NCBI GenBank assembly: GCA_965261595.1 | Contig: CBDHDG010000007.1 | Span: 480,001 to 544,000 of the forward strand | Length of the DNA stretch: 64,000 nucleotides | Source: a bacterium | GTDB taxonomy: Bacteria > UBA8248 > JACPRG01 > G963555815 | Direction: 5' to 3' | Shown here: positions 1 to 9,964 of the stretch, piece by piece | How the letters are laid out: each line of letters begins with the position of its first letter | Position numbering within the stretch: the first letter of the stretch is position 1 | Program-made: the position numbers and the translations under genes | The notes under the pieces: generated by a model | Seen by the model: only the letters and a program-made list of their open reading frames with translations | Told to the model about the DNA's origin: nothing | Database searches by the model: none

Positions 1-63
1 CAGAAGGCCCAGGGCCTCCTCGACCGACTCCGGCGAGTGATATTCAAAGGGTTTCACCGCCAT
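1..63 (-). CDS. 5' end of xanthine dehydrogenase/CoxM-family FAD-binding subunit (runs off window)
   Basis: Reverse complement of 1-63 reads MAVKPFEYHSPESVEEALGLL, the typical CoxM/CutM N-terminus (FEYHxPxxxxEAxxLL); GAGG RBS upstream. Not in ORF track. Confidence 0.7.
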   Translation of the reverse strand, partial: MAVKPFEYHSPESVEEALGLL

Positions 64-110
64 TCTCTAACCTCGTTCAGGCCGGGAGCGATACTTTGGG
101 CCAGACAGGC

Positions 111-1109
111 CTAGAGCTTCCATTCGCCGTTCTCCACGACCACCGTATCGTCCACCCTGAAGGTGCAGTTGCGCACCGACCCATCGAGGTGGAGCCGGCA
201 GTCGTTTCGCCCCCCCGGGTAGGCATGACAGTTGTCCCCGAGGGCGAAGTGGGCGGTGCCCAGCTTCCCCTTTTCCGAGGGTCCGCCGAAGGGCGGTTTG
301 TCGCTGATGCCCACGCCGATTTCGCCGATGATCTCCACGTTCTTCACCCCGGCGATGGTCTTCTTGAGGGCCTCGGCCTCGGCCCCCCCGTTGATCTCGA
401 CCGCCCGGCCGTCCTTGACGATCCATTCAATGGGGCGGGGGAGCGTTCCCGGCATTCCGATCCCCAATTGAATGCCGTCCACCACGATGCGTCCCTCGGT
501 TTTGTCCTCGACGCACGCCCAGGCCACTTCGGTCCAGAGCGGGATGGGGGACATCATGATCCCGTTCTGTTTGATGGGGGGGAGAACCAGGGCCGGACGG
601 CCTTCGATGGAGACGCGGATGTCCGTGCCCGCGGGGGAGGTGACCCGGATGTTTTTGGCCCCTTTGGCGAGCGCTCCCAGGTCGCCGCACCGTTTGGCGA
701 CGGTGGCGAGGTCCTCATCGGTGAGGACCCACCGGTCCATCCCTTCTTCGATGGACGCGATTCGGTGGTCGGCGTCCACTGTCTCTTTGACGCAGGGCAC
801 GTGAGCGAAGCGGTTCGCCCATTCCAGGTTCGTGTAAATGAGGGTCACCTCGGCGTCCACGATGGCCCGGGCGATGTGATCGGGCGGTGTCATGGGGTAG
901 CCGGTGTCGGCCTGGCCGGCGGTGACGTAGGGCGTCATGTCGATCAGGGCGGGAAAGGCGCCGAGGGCGAAACAGAGCCCCGAGAGCACCTTGGCGTGAC
1001 GCTCATGGTCCTCGTCGTAGAGGATGACGACCTTCTCGCCCGATTCGACGTGCATGCACGTCTCGACGATGAACCGTCCGCCTTTGATGAGCGTGGTTTC
1101 TGAAATCAT
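111..1109 (-). CDS. M29/aminopeptidase T-like metallo-enzyme (COG2309)
   Basis: RVTSPAGTDI, GEIGVG, GTAHFALGDN, GG..LHLDG motifs; ATG at 1109 with GGAGG RBS. Confidence 0.8.
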   Translation of the reverse strand: MISETTLIKGGRFIVETCMHVESGEKVVILYDEDHERHAKVLSGLCFALGAFPALIDMTPYVTAGQADTGYPMTPPDHIARAIVDAEVTLIYTNLEWANRFAHVPCVKETVDADHRIASIEEGMDRWVLTDEDLATVAKRCGDLGALAKGAKNIRVTSPAGTDIRVSIEGRPALVLPPIKQNGIMMSPIPLWTEVAWACVEDKTEGRIVVDGIQLGIGMPGTLPRPIEWIVKDGRAVEINGGAEAEALKKTIAGVKNVEIIGEIGVGISDKPPFGGPSEKGKLGTAHFALGDNCHAYPGGRNDCRLHLDGSVRNCTFRVDDTVVVENGEWKL

Positions 1110-1539
1110 GAATGTCCTCCCGCGGGTCCGGAGGCGTCGGGGAGCGCGCCTCGCCCGCCTCGGGATCGGGATCCCCGGCCGCACCCACCCCTTCCCGGCT
1201 TGCCTGTCGCAGCCGATCCAAGGCGCCTTTTATCGCCGTCCGGTGAAATCGCGTTTGCCGGATTCAAGAATTGCTTGTACCGGATTAGGGAGTGTCCTGT
1301 CAACATTCGTTGGCGAGGACGGCCGGTGGATTCAAGGCGGGCGTCGTCCGTAGAAGGAAGCCTTGTTTCCCTTGTGGCGCGTGTGATAGGAATAACCTTG
1401 TTCTCCGCCACCCGGTTGTTTTATCAGCGTTTTCGGCCTGTCGGTCATTACCCTTCACCCGGCGGGCGGAGGGAAGGATTGGACGATAGCGCGTCCGGCC
1501 GCAGGGTTTCTTGTTCTTCCGTGTTCGGAGTGAAAAAGG

Positions 1540-2985
1540 ATGACACAAATCCAGACAGCCGTCGGCATCGGGGCGACCTTTCAGCGGATGATCGACGAGG
1601 GCGAGGTCGTCGTTATCGAGCGCGAGGTGGACAGCGTCCACGAGGTCGCCGGGATCTTCATGAAGCTGGACCAGCTCCGGTACACCCCGGCGGTCCTGTT
1701 TCAAAACGTCAAGGGATACACGATGCCCGTCGGGGGGACGCTGTTCAGCGAGCGCTCCCGGGTCAAGCGGCTCCTGGGCATGCCGGAGGAGGACATCGCG
1801 TTCAAGCGCGCCTTCCTGGCCGCGATGGAAAAGCAGGTGGACCCCGTCGTGGTCTCCGACGGCCCCTGCCAGGAGGTCGTCCACACCGAAGGGTTCGACG
1901 CCCTGAGCTTTGTCCCTTCCATCCAGGCGTCGCTCGATGACGGGGGGAAGTACTTCCAGGCCGCCGTCATCACCAAGGATCCGGAAACCGGCACGCGGAA
2001 CATGGGCGTGTACCGGAACATGCTCCTCGATGACAACCGCACGGTCATCAACATCCGGCCCGAGGCCCACATCGGGATGCACTTCCGGAAGGCCAAGGAG
2101 CGGAACGCGCCCTTCCCCGTGGCGCTCATCTTCGGCATGGACGCCGAGATCTACCTTTCCGGGGTGACCAAACTCCCCTTCGGCCGGGAGGAATTCGCCC
2201 TGGCGGGGGTCCTGAAGGGCGAGCCCGTCGAGCTGGTCAAGTGCAAGACCGTGGACCTGGAGGTCCCGGCGTCGGCGAACATCGTCATCGAGGGCGTCGT
2301 CGAGCCGCCTTACGACGAGGAATGGGAGGGGCCCTGGCCGGAATTCTTGAAATACCTGAGCATCCCCCAGCGGAAGCCCATCTTCCGGATCACCGGCGTC
2401 ACGCACTGCGCCCAGCCCATGAGCTACAACATCGTCCCCGGGACGAAAGAGAACTACAACATCCGCATCTCCAACGACGTGGCCTTCTACCAGTACGTCA
2501 AGGCCATCGAGCCCACGTTCGTCGTGGACGCTGCGCTCACGCGCGGCTCGGCCCACTGGCACCACGGCATCCTCCAGCTCAAAAAGGACACCCCGGACCG
2601 GGAGGGCCAGCAGATCCAGGTGGCCCTGGCGGCGTTCGGGTTCTCGGTGTATCTGGAGAGCCTCACGCTGGTGGACGAGGACGTGGACATCTACGACATG
2701 GACGCCATCGACTGGGCCGTCACCACCCGGTGCAACCCCAAGGAGCAGGTCCACATCCTGCCCGAGGCCAAGACCCACCGGAACAACCCCATCGCGGGCG
2801 TGCGCTCGCTCATTCCGGGGGACTCGGTCGTCAAGGCCAAGATGATCACCGACGCCACCATCCCCTGGAAGTACAAGACCATCGAGCAGGAAGGCGTCCC
2901 GCCGCTCTTCATGCGCGCCCGTTTCCAGGAGACGCCCCTCGAAGAGTACCTGAGTCCCGAGGATTTCAAGCGGTGGGCGGGTTGA
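1540..2985 (+). CDS. UbiD-family (prFMN-dependent) decarboxylase
   Basis: LFQNVKG, NMGVYR, VPASANIVIEG, EGPWPE, VDEDVDIYD..IDWAVTTR motifs. Confidence 0.9.
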   Translation: MTQIQTAVGIGATFQRMIDEGEVVVIEREVDSVHEVAGIFMKLDQLRYTPAVLFQNVKGYTMPVGGTLFSERSRVKRLLGMPEEDIAFKRAFLAAMEKQVDPVVVSDGPCQEVVHTEGFDALSFVPSIQASLDDGGKYFQAAVITKDPETGTRNMGVYRNMLLDDNRTVINIRPEAHIGMHFRKAKERNAPFPVALIFGMDAEIYLSGVTKLPFGREEFALAGVLKGEPVELVKCKTVDLEVPASANIVIEGVVEPPYDEEWEGPWPEFLKYLSIPQRKPIFRITGVTHCAQPMSYNIVPGTKENYNIRISNDVAFYQYVKAIEPTFVVDAALTRGSAHWHHGILQLKKDTPDREGQQIQVALAAFGFSVYLESLTLVDEDVDIYDMDAIDWAVTTRCNPKEQVHILPEAKTHRNNPIAGVRSLIPGDSVVKAKMITDATIPWKYKTIEQEGVPPLFMRARFQETPLEEYLSPEDFKRWAG

Positions 2986-3298
2986 GGCGCGGGTCGGTTG
3001 ACCCCTCGGGTTGGATGACCCCTCGGGTCGGGGGACCCCCTGGGCGGGCTGAAGGACTGGCCCATTCGCGGGAAGACCCGGAAGGAACGGGAAGTCGACG
3101 CCCTCACCGTCTTTTCCGCGCGGAAAACCAAGCTTGAGAGATCCCTCGGTTCGCACGGGACTAGCCTCACGCATTCCTTAGAATGCGTCTTTATTTCGTT
3201 TCGGATTGCCGGAGGCCGCCCTATCGGGACCGGCCGGCCGCGGGTCCGTCGCTGAACAGGAAACACCTTCGACGTAACGCGAGAAAGGTGGGCGAGAC

Positions 3299-4081
3299 AT
3301 GGAGGCGGATCTGAAAGGCCGGGTGGCCGTCGTCACGGGGGCGGCCCAGGGGATCGGCAAGGTCGTTGCGGCGGGGCTGGCGCGGGCGGGGGCGGACGTG
3401 GCCCTGGCCGACGTTCAGGACGCGGCCTCGGCGGCGGAGGAGATCGCGGCCGCGGGCGGGAACGCCCGGGCCTTCGAGACGGACGTCGCGGAGGAATCCG
3501 CCGTCAAAGCCCTGGCGGAAGGCGTCGCGGCGGAATTCGGCCGGATCGATGTCTGGGTGAACAACGCCGCGCTCTTCGCGAACCTCAAGAGAGACCAGTC
3601 CCTCGAAGACATCCCCATCGAGGAGTGGGACCGGGTGATGGCCGTCAACGTCCGGGGCGTGTTCCTCGGGATGAAGGCCGCCGCGCCGGCCATGCGGAAA
3701 GCCGGCGGCGGCTCCATCATCAACTTCGCCTCGGACACGGTGCACAAGGGGGTCCCCGGCTTCCTTCACTATGTGGCCTCCAAGGGCGCCGTCATCGGGA
3801 TGACGCGCGCGGCGGCGCGCGAGCTGGGGGAGTCCGACATCCGGGTGAACGCCGTCGCGCCCGGCTTCACGATGAGCGAGGGGAACCGGAGACTGACGGA
3901 GGACCCGGACAAGGCGGAGTGGTGGAATAAGATGGAGGCGCGGATCGTCGGGACACGCTCCCTGAAGCGCCATCAACAGCCCGAGGACCTGGTCGGGACT
4001 GTCGTTTTCCTGGCCTCCGACGCCAGCGCGTTCATGACGGGCCAGACCCTGCTGGTGAACGGTGGGGATGTTTTCGTTTGA
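3299..4081 (+). CDS. SDR family oxidoreductase
   Basis: TGAAQGIG, NNAA, YVASK catalytic motif, VNAVAPG. Confidence 0.93.
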   Translation: MEADLKGRVAVVTGAAQGIGKVVAAGLARAGADVALADVQDAASAAEEIAAAGGNARAFETDVAEESAVKALAEGVAAEFGRIDVWVNNAALFANLKRDQSLEDIPIEEWDRVMAVNVRGVFLGMKAAAPAMRKAGGGSIINFASDTVHKGVPGFLHYVASKGAVIGMTRAAARELGESDIRVNAVAPGFTMSEGNRRLTEDPDKAEWWNKMEARIVGTRSLKRHQQPEDLVGTVVFLASDASAFMTGQTLLVNGGDVFV

Positions 4082-4112
4082 TAGATATCGTACAGTTGAG
4101 AAGGAGAAAAAC

Positions 4113-4352
4113 ATGTTTGGACTTGGACTGCAGGAACTGCTGATCTTGGTTGTGATTTTTGGGCTTTTTGCTTTAGTCACTTGGCCATTTTGGAAAATCT
4201 TCTCAAGAGCGGGGTTTTCTGGATGGCTGAGTTTAACTCAACTAGTTCCCATTCTTAACGTTGTTGTATCATTCTACTTTGCTTTTGCTAAATGGCCTAT
4301 TCAAGAAGAACTGAATCTGATGAAGCAGATGTCGAGGGAAAACGAAGGTTAG
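4113..4352 (+). CDS. small membrane protein (TatA-like N-terminus, WKIFxRAG motif)
   Basis: AAGGAG RBS then ATG 4113; 79 aa hydrophobic; AT-rich relative to neighbours. Confidence 0.7.
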   Translation: MFGLGLQELLILVVIFGLFALVTWPFWKIFSRAGFSGWLSLTQLVPILNVVVSFYFAFAKWPIQEELNLMKQMSRENEG

Positions 4353-4694
4353 TTGAAAATTGACGGGGCTACCTCCGTTTAGAGCAGTTGAGTCTTGCAA
4401 AACAGAACGTCGGATCACCGAAGCGAAGTAGATTCTGCATGAACGCGGTACGGCAATAGGGGGGCGAGACAGCCATCATAACGGTTTGGAAAGATCTCCT
4501 TATCTGCCTAACCGGGATTTCTCACCAATCCGAAGAGCCGAGTCGGCGATCTTCCAGGAAACTCATTGAGGGACAATGACTTGCATGAACAGAGGGTCTT
4601 GGCGAGTCACTGACAGGGTGTGCCTGAGGAAGGGGAGGGATCGAACGGCTCGAAGCTCGTTGGACTGTTTGTTGGTGATTCAACCTGCGAGCGT

Positions 4695-4785
4695 TTGTTG
4701 GGGGCGGGTACAGAGCCCCGCCCCTACATCTGAGGTGCCCTTTGGGAGTTTTGTGTGTAGGGGCCGGGGCTCCGTACCCGCCCCT
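4695..4785. repeat. REP doublet (REPIN-like), family GTAGGGGCGGGGCTCTGTACCCGCCC
   Basis: Inverted pair of GTAG-palindromes; 4695-4728 is identical to 42906-42939. Confidence 0.8.
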
Positions 4786-4886
4786 GTTCGTCCACCTGCT
4801 GGAGCAACAGCGTTGCATCGATGGTGCCCTGCAGTCTCAGCGAACACTTTGTGAGAAATGCGGGCTAAATTGAAACGGAGGATATC

Positions 4887-6479
4887 GTGCCCGATTACGA
4901 TGTGATTGTCGTGGGCGCCGGACACGCCGGGATGATGACCGCAACCTATCTGGCCCGGACGGGACTGGACGTCCTGATCATGGAAAAGGGTCTGGAAGTC
5001 GGCGGGGACATGAACACCGAGTCCTTCACCCACCCCGGCTACTGGCATAACCTCCATTCCTATTACCACCTCGGCGTGGACCGGCTGGCCCCCTTCCGGG
5101 ACCTGGAGTTCGAGCGGTTCCACGCCCGCTACGCAACGCCCGATCCCCAAAACGCCCTTCTCCTGGAAGACGGCCGGACGATCATCGGCTCCCTGGCCGC
5201 GGAGAAGACGGCCGCCTCGGTGGGGGCCGTCTCGGCGGAGGACGGAGAGACGGTCCGGGACGTGAACCGCCGCCTGGGCGGGTTTCTCAAAGAGCAGGTC
5301 GTACCCGCCCTCTACGGCGCGCCCCGAAACGGGGGGGGGGGGGACGGCGGCGCCGATCCGCTCGGCGGGTTGCCGGACTCTCGGGAAGCCCGGGAGATCA
5401 TGGAGTTCAAGGATCTGACGGCGGCAGCGGCGGCGGAGCGCCTCTTCAAAGACCCGGCCGTTCAGGCCTTCTACCTCAATCAACTTCCCGTCATTCGCGG
5501 ACTCCGAACCGATGTCCCCGGTCTCGGCCACGTTGTTCTGCTGGCCGTCGCCCAGGCGGAGACGGCGATGCTCCTCGTCGACGGCGGGCCGCACGTCATG
5601 GCCCACGCCCTCTGGCGGGCGATGCTGGCCGCGAAGGGGAAGGTGAAGACCGTTTGCGATTATCGGAAGATCATCGTCGAGAACGGCCGGGCGGTCGGCG
5701 TCGAGCTGGCCGACGGGACGCGCCTGGGCGCGCGGAAATGTGTCATCGGCGCCCTCGGGCTGGAGGAAATCTTCCTGGATCTCGTGGGGAGGGAGAACCT
5801 GCCCCCGGGGCTGGCCGACGGGATCGGCGGCTTCCATTCCTCCAACTTCGCCGTCCTGAGCGTCCACCTGGCGATTCGGGGATCGATCTCTTTCCGCGGC
5901 CGGCACGCCGAGCTGGAGCGGACGTTCAAGGTGGACCTGGGTCCGCAAACCCCGGAGGGCTGGGCCGACCTCTGGAGTGCCGTGGACGGGGGAAGGCCGC
6001 CCGATCCCCTCTGCCTCTCGGCGAGCATCCCGACGGCGTACGATTCTCTTCACGCCCCCGACGGCGGAAGCACGGCCGTGCTATGGGTGCCCGTCCCGTA
6101 CCGGATCGGAGACCAAGGCGTGGACGGCTGGGACGACGTGAAGGACGCGTTCCGGGACGCCTGCATGGCGCGGTTCAACGAAGTCGCGGACCTGTCCCAG
6201 GCGACCATTCTGGACGCGGAGGTCATCTCCCCGGCCGACATCGACCGGGGCGTGGGCAACCTGGACAAGGGCGCGATCCACATGGGGGAGATCATCTACC
6301 GCCGGGATGAGTACTTTTCCAGCGTCCCCGACCTGGCGAGCTACCGGACGCCCATCGAGGGCCTCTACTACTGCGGGTCGTGCACCCATCCGGGAGGCGG
6401 CGTCATCGGGGCGACGGCGTTCCACACCGTGAACGTCATCGCCGATGATTTGGGGATTGAGAAGTGGTGGGCTCTGTAG
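4887..6479 (+). CDS. phytoene dehydrogenase-like FAD-dependent oxidoreductase (COG1233)
   Basis: GAGHAG Rossmann motif; C-terminal YRTPIEGLYYCGSCTHPGGGV; GGAGG RBS, GTG start. Confidence 0.88.
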   Translation: MPDYDVIVVGAGHAGMMTATYLARTGLDVLIMEKGLEVGGDMNTESFTHPGYWHNLHSYYHLGVDRLAPFRDLEFERFHARYATPDPQNALLLEDGRTIIGSLAAEKTAASVGAVSAEDGETVRDVNRRLGGFLKEQVVPALYGAPRNGGGGDGGADPLGGLPDSREAREIMEFKDLTAAAAAERLFKDPAVQAFYLNQLPVIRGLRTDVPGLGHVVLLAVAQAETAMLLVDGGPHVMAHALWRAMLAAKGKVKTVCDYRKIIVENGRAVGVELADGTRLGARKCVIGALGLEEIFLDLVGRENLPPGLADGIGGFHSSNFAVLSVHLAIRGSISFRGRHAELERTFKVDLGPQTPEGWADLWSAVDGGRPPDPLCLSASIPTAYDSLHAPDGGSTAVLWVPVPYRIGDQGVDGWDDVKDAFRDACMARFNEVADLSQATILDAEVISPADIDRGVGNLDKGAIHMGEIIYRRDEYFSSVPDLASYRTPIEGLYYCGSCTHPGGGVIGATAFHTVNVIADDLGIEKWWAL

Positions 6480-6541
6480 GAGCGGGTCCAAGCCTGCCCT
6501 CTGCGACGGCAGGGGGTCCCCGCCCGCTGTTTTGCTTTCGT

Positions 6542-6595
6542 GGCGGGCAAGATGCCCGCCCCACCTCGGTGGGTAGGCCGGGCATCCTGCCCGGC
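6542..6595. repeat. REP doublet, family GTAGGCCGGGCATCCTGCCCGGC
   Basis: Inverted pair of palindromes; the same unit recurs at 11813, 11856, 12513, 12557 and 44302. Confidence 0.8.
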
Positions 6596-6717
6596 AGGAA
6601 TTGATTCATTGCGGAGGCGCCGGCGGACAAGCCGCCAGTGGCACACGGTCCATCGGAAAGAGGTGAAGGGGCGCCGCCGCTTGGTAGTTCGCACCCGCCC
6701 GCCACAGGAGAGAGATT

Positions 6718-8343
6718 TTGGCGCTGAAGGCCGAATACGACGCGATCATCATCGGGGCGGGGCACAACGGCCTGATCCTGGCGGGGTACATGGCCCGGGC
6801 GGGGCTGGAAGTGGTCGTCCTGGAACGATATCTTGAACAAGGCGGGGGCCTCGACACGCACGTGGACCCGCACCACCCCGGCTTCCTCCACAACATGCAC
6901 TCTTTCTTCCACCGCAACCTCACGAACCTCCCCTGGTGGCGGGACCTCCAGGTCGGAGAGTACGACGTGGAATACCTCTATCCGGAAGTGGGCTGCGGGA
7001 TGATGATGGAAGGAGAGCGGTGCCTCCTGCTCTACTCGGACGTGGAAAAAACCCTGAAATCCATCGCGAAGCTCTCGCCCCGCGACGCGGAGACCTGGAA
7101 GGACGTGTATCGCCGGTGGCAAAACGTTGTCCGGGACGTGAGCGAGCCGATGACCTACTCCCCCCCGATCGGCTGGGAAAAGGTAAAAAGCCTCGCGAAA
7201 GGGAGCGAATCGGGCCGTGAGTTCCTCGCCTTCGCCGACAAGTCGCCCGACGAGGTGGCGTCCGAGCTGTTCGAGAGCGACGCGGTGCGCGCGATCCTTC
7301 TCTATCTTGCCGACATCCGGGGTTACGACTCCCTGTCCAAGCGCCTGGGATGGATCATCCCCCACATGATGGCCACGCGCGTTGGCCCCCAGATGGCGCG
7401 CGGCACCTCTCACCGCCTGGCGCATGCCCTGGACGCCAGCGCGCTTTCCGCCGGAGCGGACGTGGTTGAGGGCAGGGAGGTCACGCGGATCCTGGTCGAG
7501 GGGAGCCGCGCGACGGGCGTCGAGCTGAAAAACGGCGAGCGGATCCGCGCCAAACGGTTCATCGCCACCAACACCGGGCCGGCCCAGACCTTCGTGGACC
7601 TCATCGAGCCCGGCCACGTCGATCCCAAGCTGGCCGAGCGGACCAAGGGCTACGAGTACGGCCCCGTCGGTCCCATCTTCTCCATCAACCTGGCCCTGAA
7701 CGAGCGGCCCGTTTACACCGCCGAGAAGCATGAGCCCGACGCGGCGCGGAGTTTCCTGACCGTCGTGGGCCTGGACGCTCCGGAGGACATGCACGAGCTG
7801 CACCGGGCGCATCAGGAGCGCCGACTGCCCAAGAAGCTTTTCTTCAACGGGACGACGCCCACGGTGTTCGACCCCAGCAAGGCGCCCCCCGGCAAGCACA
7901 CGGCCTTCATGTGGCAGTTGGTTCCTTACCACATCGATAACAATCCGCGGAAGTGGCGGGAGATTCATGAAGAGTTTCTGGACGCCCTCCACGACCGGTG
8001 GGCGCATTTCGCCCCGAACCTCAAGAAGCCCGGCGTTATCGTCAACAAGTTCGGCCAGATGCCGCTCGACATCGAGAGCCACGTCACCACCATGGTGGGC
8101 GGAGACTGGATGCACGGCAACATGAGCGAGAAGCAGTTCTACGACCGGCGGCCCCTGCCCGAGCTCTCGGGTTACCGGACGCCCATCGAGGGACTTTTCC
8201 TGTGCGGCTCCTGCACGCATCCGGGCGGGAACATCACGGGCGGGCCGGGTTACAATTCCGCCAAGGCCATCGCCGAAGATTTGGGCATGGACCCATGGTG
8301 GAAGCCCTTGAACTTCGAGGAGCGCCTGAACGGCCTGAAGTAA
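6718..8343 (+). CDS. phytoene dehydrogenase-like FAD-dependent oxidoreductase (COG1233), second paralog
   Basis: GAGHNG; DPSKAPPGKHTA; YRTPIEGLFLCGSCTHPGGNITGGPGYN. Confidence 0.88.
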   Translation: MALKAEYDAIIIGAGHNGLILAGYMARAGLEVVVLERYLEQGGGLDTHVDPHHPGFLHNMHSFFHRNLTNLPWWRDLQVGEYDVEYLYPEVGCGMMMEGERCLLLYSDVEKTLKSIAKLSPRDAETWKDVYRRWQNVVRDVSEPMTYSPPIGWEKVKSLAKGSESGREFLAFADKSPDEVASELFESDAVRAILLYLADIRGYDSLSKRLGWIIPHMMATRVGPQMARGTSHRLAHALDASALSAGADVVEGREVTRILVEGSRATGVELKNGERIRAKRFIATNTGPAQTFVDLIEPGHVDPKLAERTKGYEYGPVGPIFSINLALNERPVYTAEKHEPDAARSFLTVVGLDAPEDMHELHRAHQERRLPKKLFFNGTTPTVFDPSKAPPGKHTAFMWQLVPYHIDNNPRKWREIHEEFLDALHDRWAHFAPNLKKPGVIVNKFGQMPLDIESHVTTMVGGDWMHGNMSEKQFYDRRPLPELSGYRTPIEGLFLCGSCTHPGGNITGGPGYNSAKAIAEDLGMDPWWKPLNFEERLNGLK

Positions 8344-8406
8344 TTCAGCCGATGCCGGCGGACGGACCCGCGCGGGCGCCGCGATGAACGCGGATGAGGA
8401 GGGACC

Positions 8407-9861
8407 ATGGAACGCGCCGGATTGGCGGCAATGACCGATCTGAGAGACTGGCTCGACGTGGTGGAGGATCTGGGCGAGCTGAAGACGGTCCGGGGGGCGC
8501 ACTGGAACCTGGAGATCGGCGCCCTCTCCGAGGCCAATTACAAACAATCGAAGAGCCCGGCGCTGCTGTTCGATGAGATCCCGGATCACCCCCCGGGCTT
8601 CCGCGTCCTGACGGGCGCGTCGGGCTCCCCCCCCCGCCTGGGCGTCGCGCTGCGCATGGGAAGCGGTTTCACCAACGCGGAGCTTGTCAAGGCCCTCCGC
8701 GGCAAGCCCATCGAGTGGGAGAGCACTGCCCCGAACTTCCCCCCCGAGGTTCTGCCGGACGGCCCCGTGAAAGAGAACGTCCTCCTGGGCGGCCAGGTGG
8801 ACCTGTCGCGCTTCCCCACGCCTTTCTGGCACAAGCACGACGGGGGACGCTACATCGGGACGGGGGACGCCGTCCTCATCAAAGACCCCGAAACCGGCGT
8901 CGTCAACCTGGGCGCCTACCGGGTGATGGTTCTCGACGAGCGCCACGTGTCCGTGATGATCATCCCGGGCAAGCACGGGATGCAGTACGCCCGAAAATGG
9001 TTCGCCCGCGGGGAGCGGTGCCCGGTGGCCATCTCGGTCGGCCACGACCCCCTCCTGGCCATCCTTTTGGGCATAGAGATCCCCACCGGCGTGAGCGAGC
9101 TCAACTACGCGGGGGCGATCATCGGGGGCCGATATCCGGTGGTGGAGGGGGAGGTGACGGGACTCCCTATCCCGGCCGCGAGCGAGATCGTTCTGGAAGG
9201 CTGGCTGGAAGAGGGGAAGACGACGACCGAAGGGCCTTACGGCGAATGGCACGGGTACTACTCGGGCGGCGAATATCCGGCCTTCCGGGTCGAAGTCGAG
9301 GCCGTTCTCCACCGCGACGATCCCATCCTCCTGGGCTCCCCGCCCGGAAAGCCGCCCCACGATTACTCCTACTTCCGGTCGGTGATGAAGTCGGCGCTGA
9401 TCTTCGACTCCCTGGTCAAGGCCGGTGTTCCGGCGGTCCAGGGCGTGTGGTGCGACGAGGCGGGCGGGGGCCGGCTTTGGATCAACGTCTCCATCAAGCA
9501 GCAGTTCCTGGGTCACGCGCGAATGGCCGGGTTCGTCGCCTCGCAATGCCACGCCGGGGCGTATATGGGGCGGTACGTCGTGGTGGTGGACGAGGACATC
9601 GATCCCACCGACATCCATGAAGTCATCTGGGCCATGTGCACCCGCTCCGATCCGGCCGGCGATATCGAGATCATCCGCCGGGCCTGGGGCAGCCCCGCCG
9701 ACCCGCTGAACCCCGACAAGAAGACGCCGAAAAGCTCGCGGGGCATCATCGACGCCTGCCGGCCCTACGAGTGGATGGACGAATTCCCCCGCGTCGCCGC
9801 CGCCGACCCGGAGGACCTCCAGGCGATACGGGAAAAGTTTCCGGAGGTTTTCGGGGATTAG
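8407..9861 (+). CDS. UbiD-family decarboxylase, second copy
   Basis: DLRDWL, ALLFDEI, NLGAYR, EGPYGEWHGYY, VVVDEDIDP..WAMCTR. Confidence 0.92.
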   Translation: MERAGLAAMTDLRDWLDVVEDLGELKTVRGAHWNLEIGALSEANYKQSKSPALLFDEIPDHPPGFRVLTGASGSPPRLGVALRMGSGFTNAELVKALRGKPIEWESTAPNFPPEVLPDGPVKENVLLGGQVDLSRFPTPFWHKHDGGRYIGTGDAVLIKDPETGVVNLGAYRVMVLDERHVSVMIIPGKHGMQYARKWFARGERCPVAISVGHDPLLAILLGIEIPTGVSELNYAGAIIGGRYPVVEGEVTGLPIPAASEIVLEGWLEEGKTTTEGPYGEWHGYYSGGEYPAFRVEVEAVLHRDDPILLGSPPGKPPHDYSYFRSVMKSALIFDSLVKAGVPAVQGVWCDEAGGGRLWINVSIKQQFLGHARMAGFVASQCHAGAYMGRYVVVVDEDIDPTDIHEVIWAMCTRSDPAGDIEIIRRAWGSPADPLNPDKKTPKSSRGIIDACRPYEWMDEFPRVAAADPEDLQAIREKFPEVFGD

Positions 9862-9964
9862 GCCGGTTCACCGGAATGACGGATCGGGCGCGCCGTTTCC
9901 GGCCGCCGTTCCGAATGAGGGGACGCCGACCTTCGCGGGGAACCCGCCCGGGCCGATCATCCTT

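Noticed and set aside
4113..4352. tatA call
   Set aside because: Only the first ~15 residues resemble TatA; the FG hinge and amphipathic helix pattern are not followed.
4400..4660. Possible attC site (GCCTAAC at ~4506) after the AT-rich small gene
   Set aside because: No matching GTTAGGC end or paired stem found by eye.
4887..8343. Carotenoid biosynthesis (crtI)
   Set aside because: No phytoene synthase or other crt genes; COG1233 members are functionally broad.
6436..9618. 1060-aa minus-strand ORF and other long antisense ORFs (1300-3174, 35721-37730, 50179-52080, 53140-55056)
   Set aside because: Shadows of well-supported genes in high-GC DNA; no recognisable motifs.
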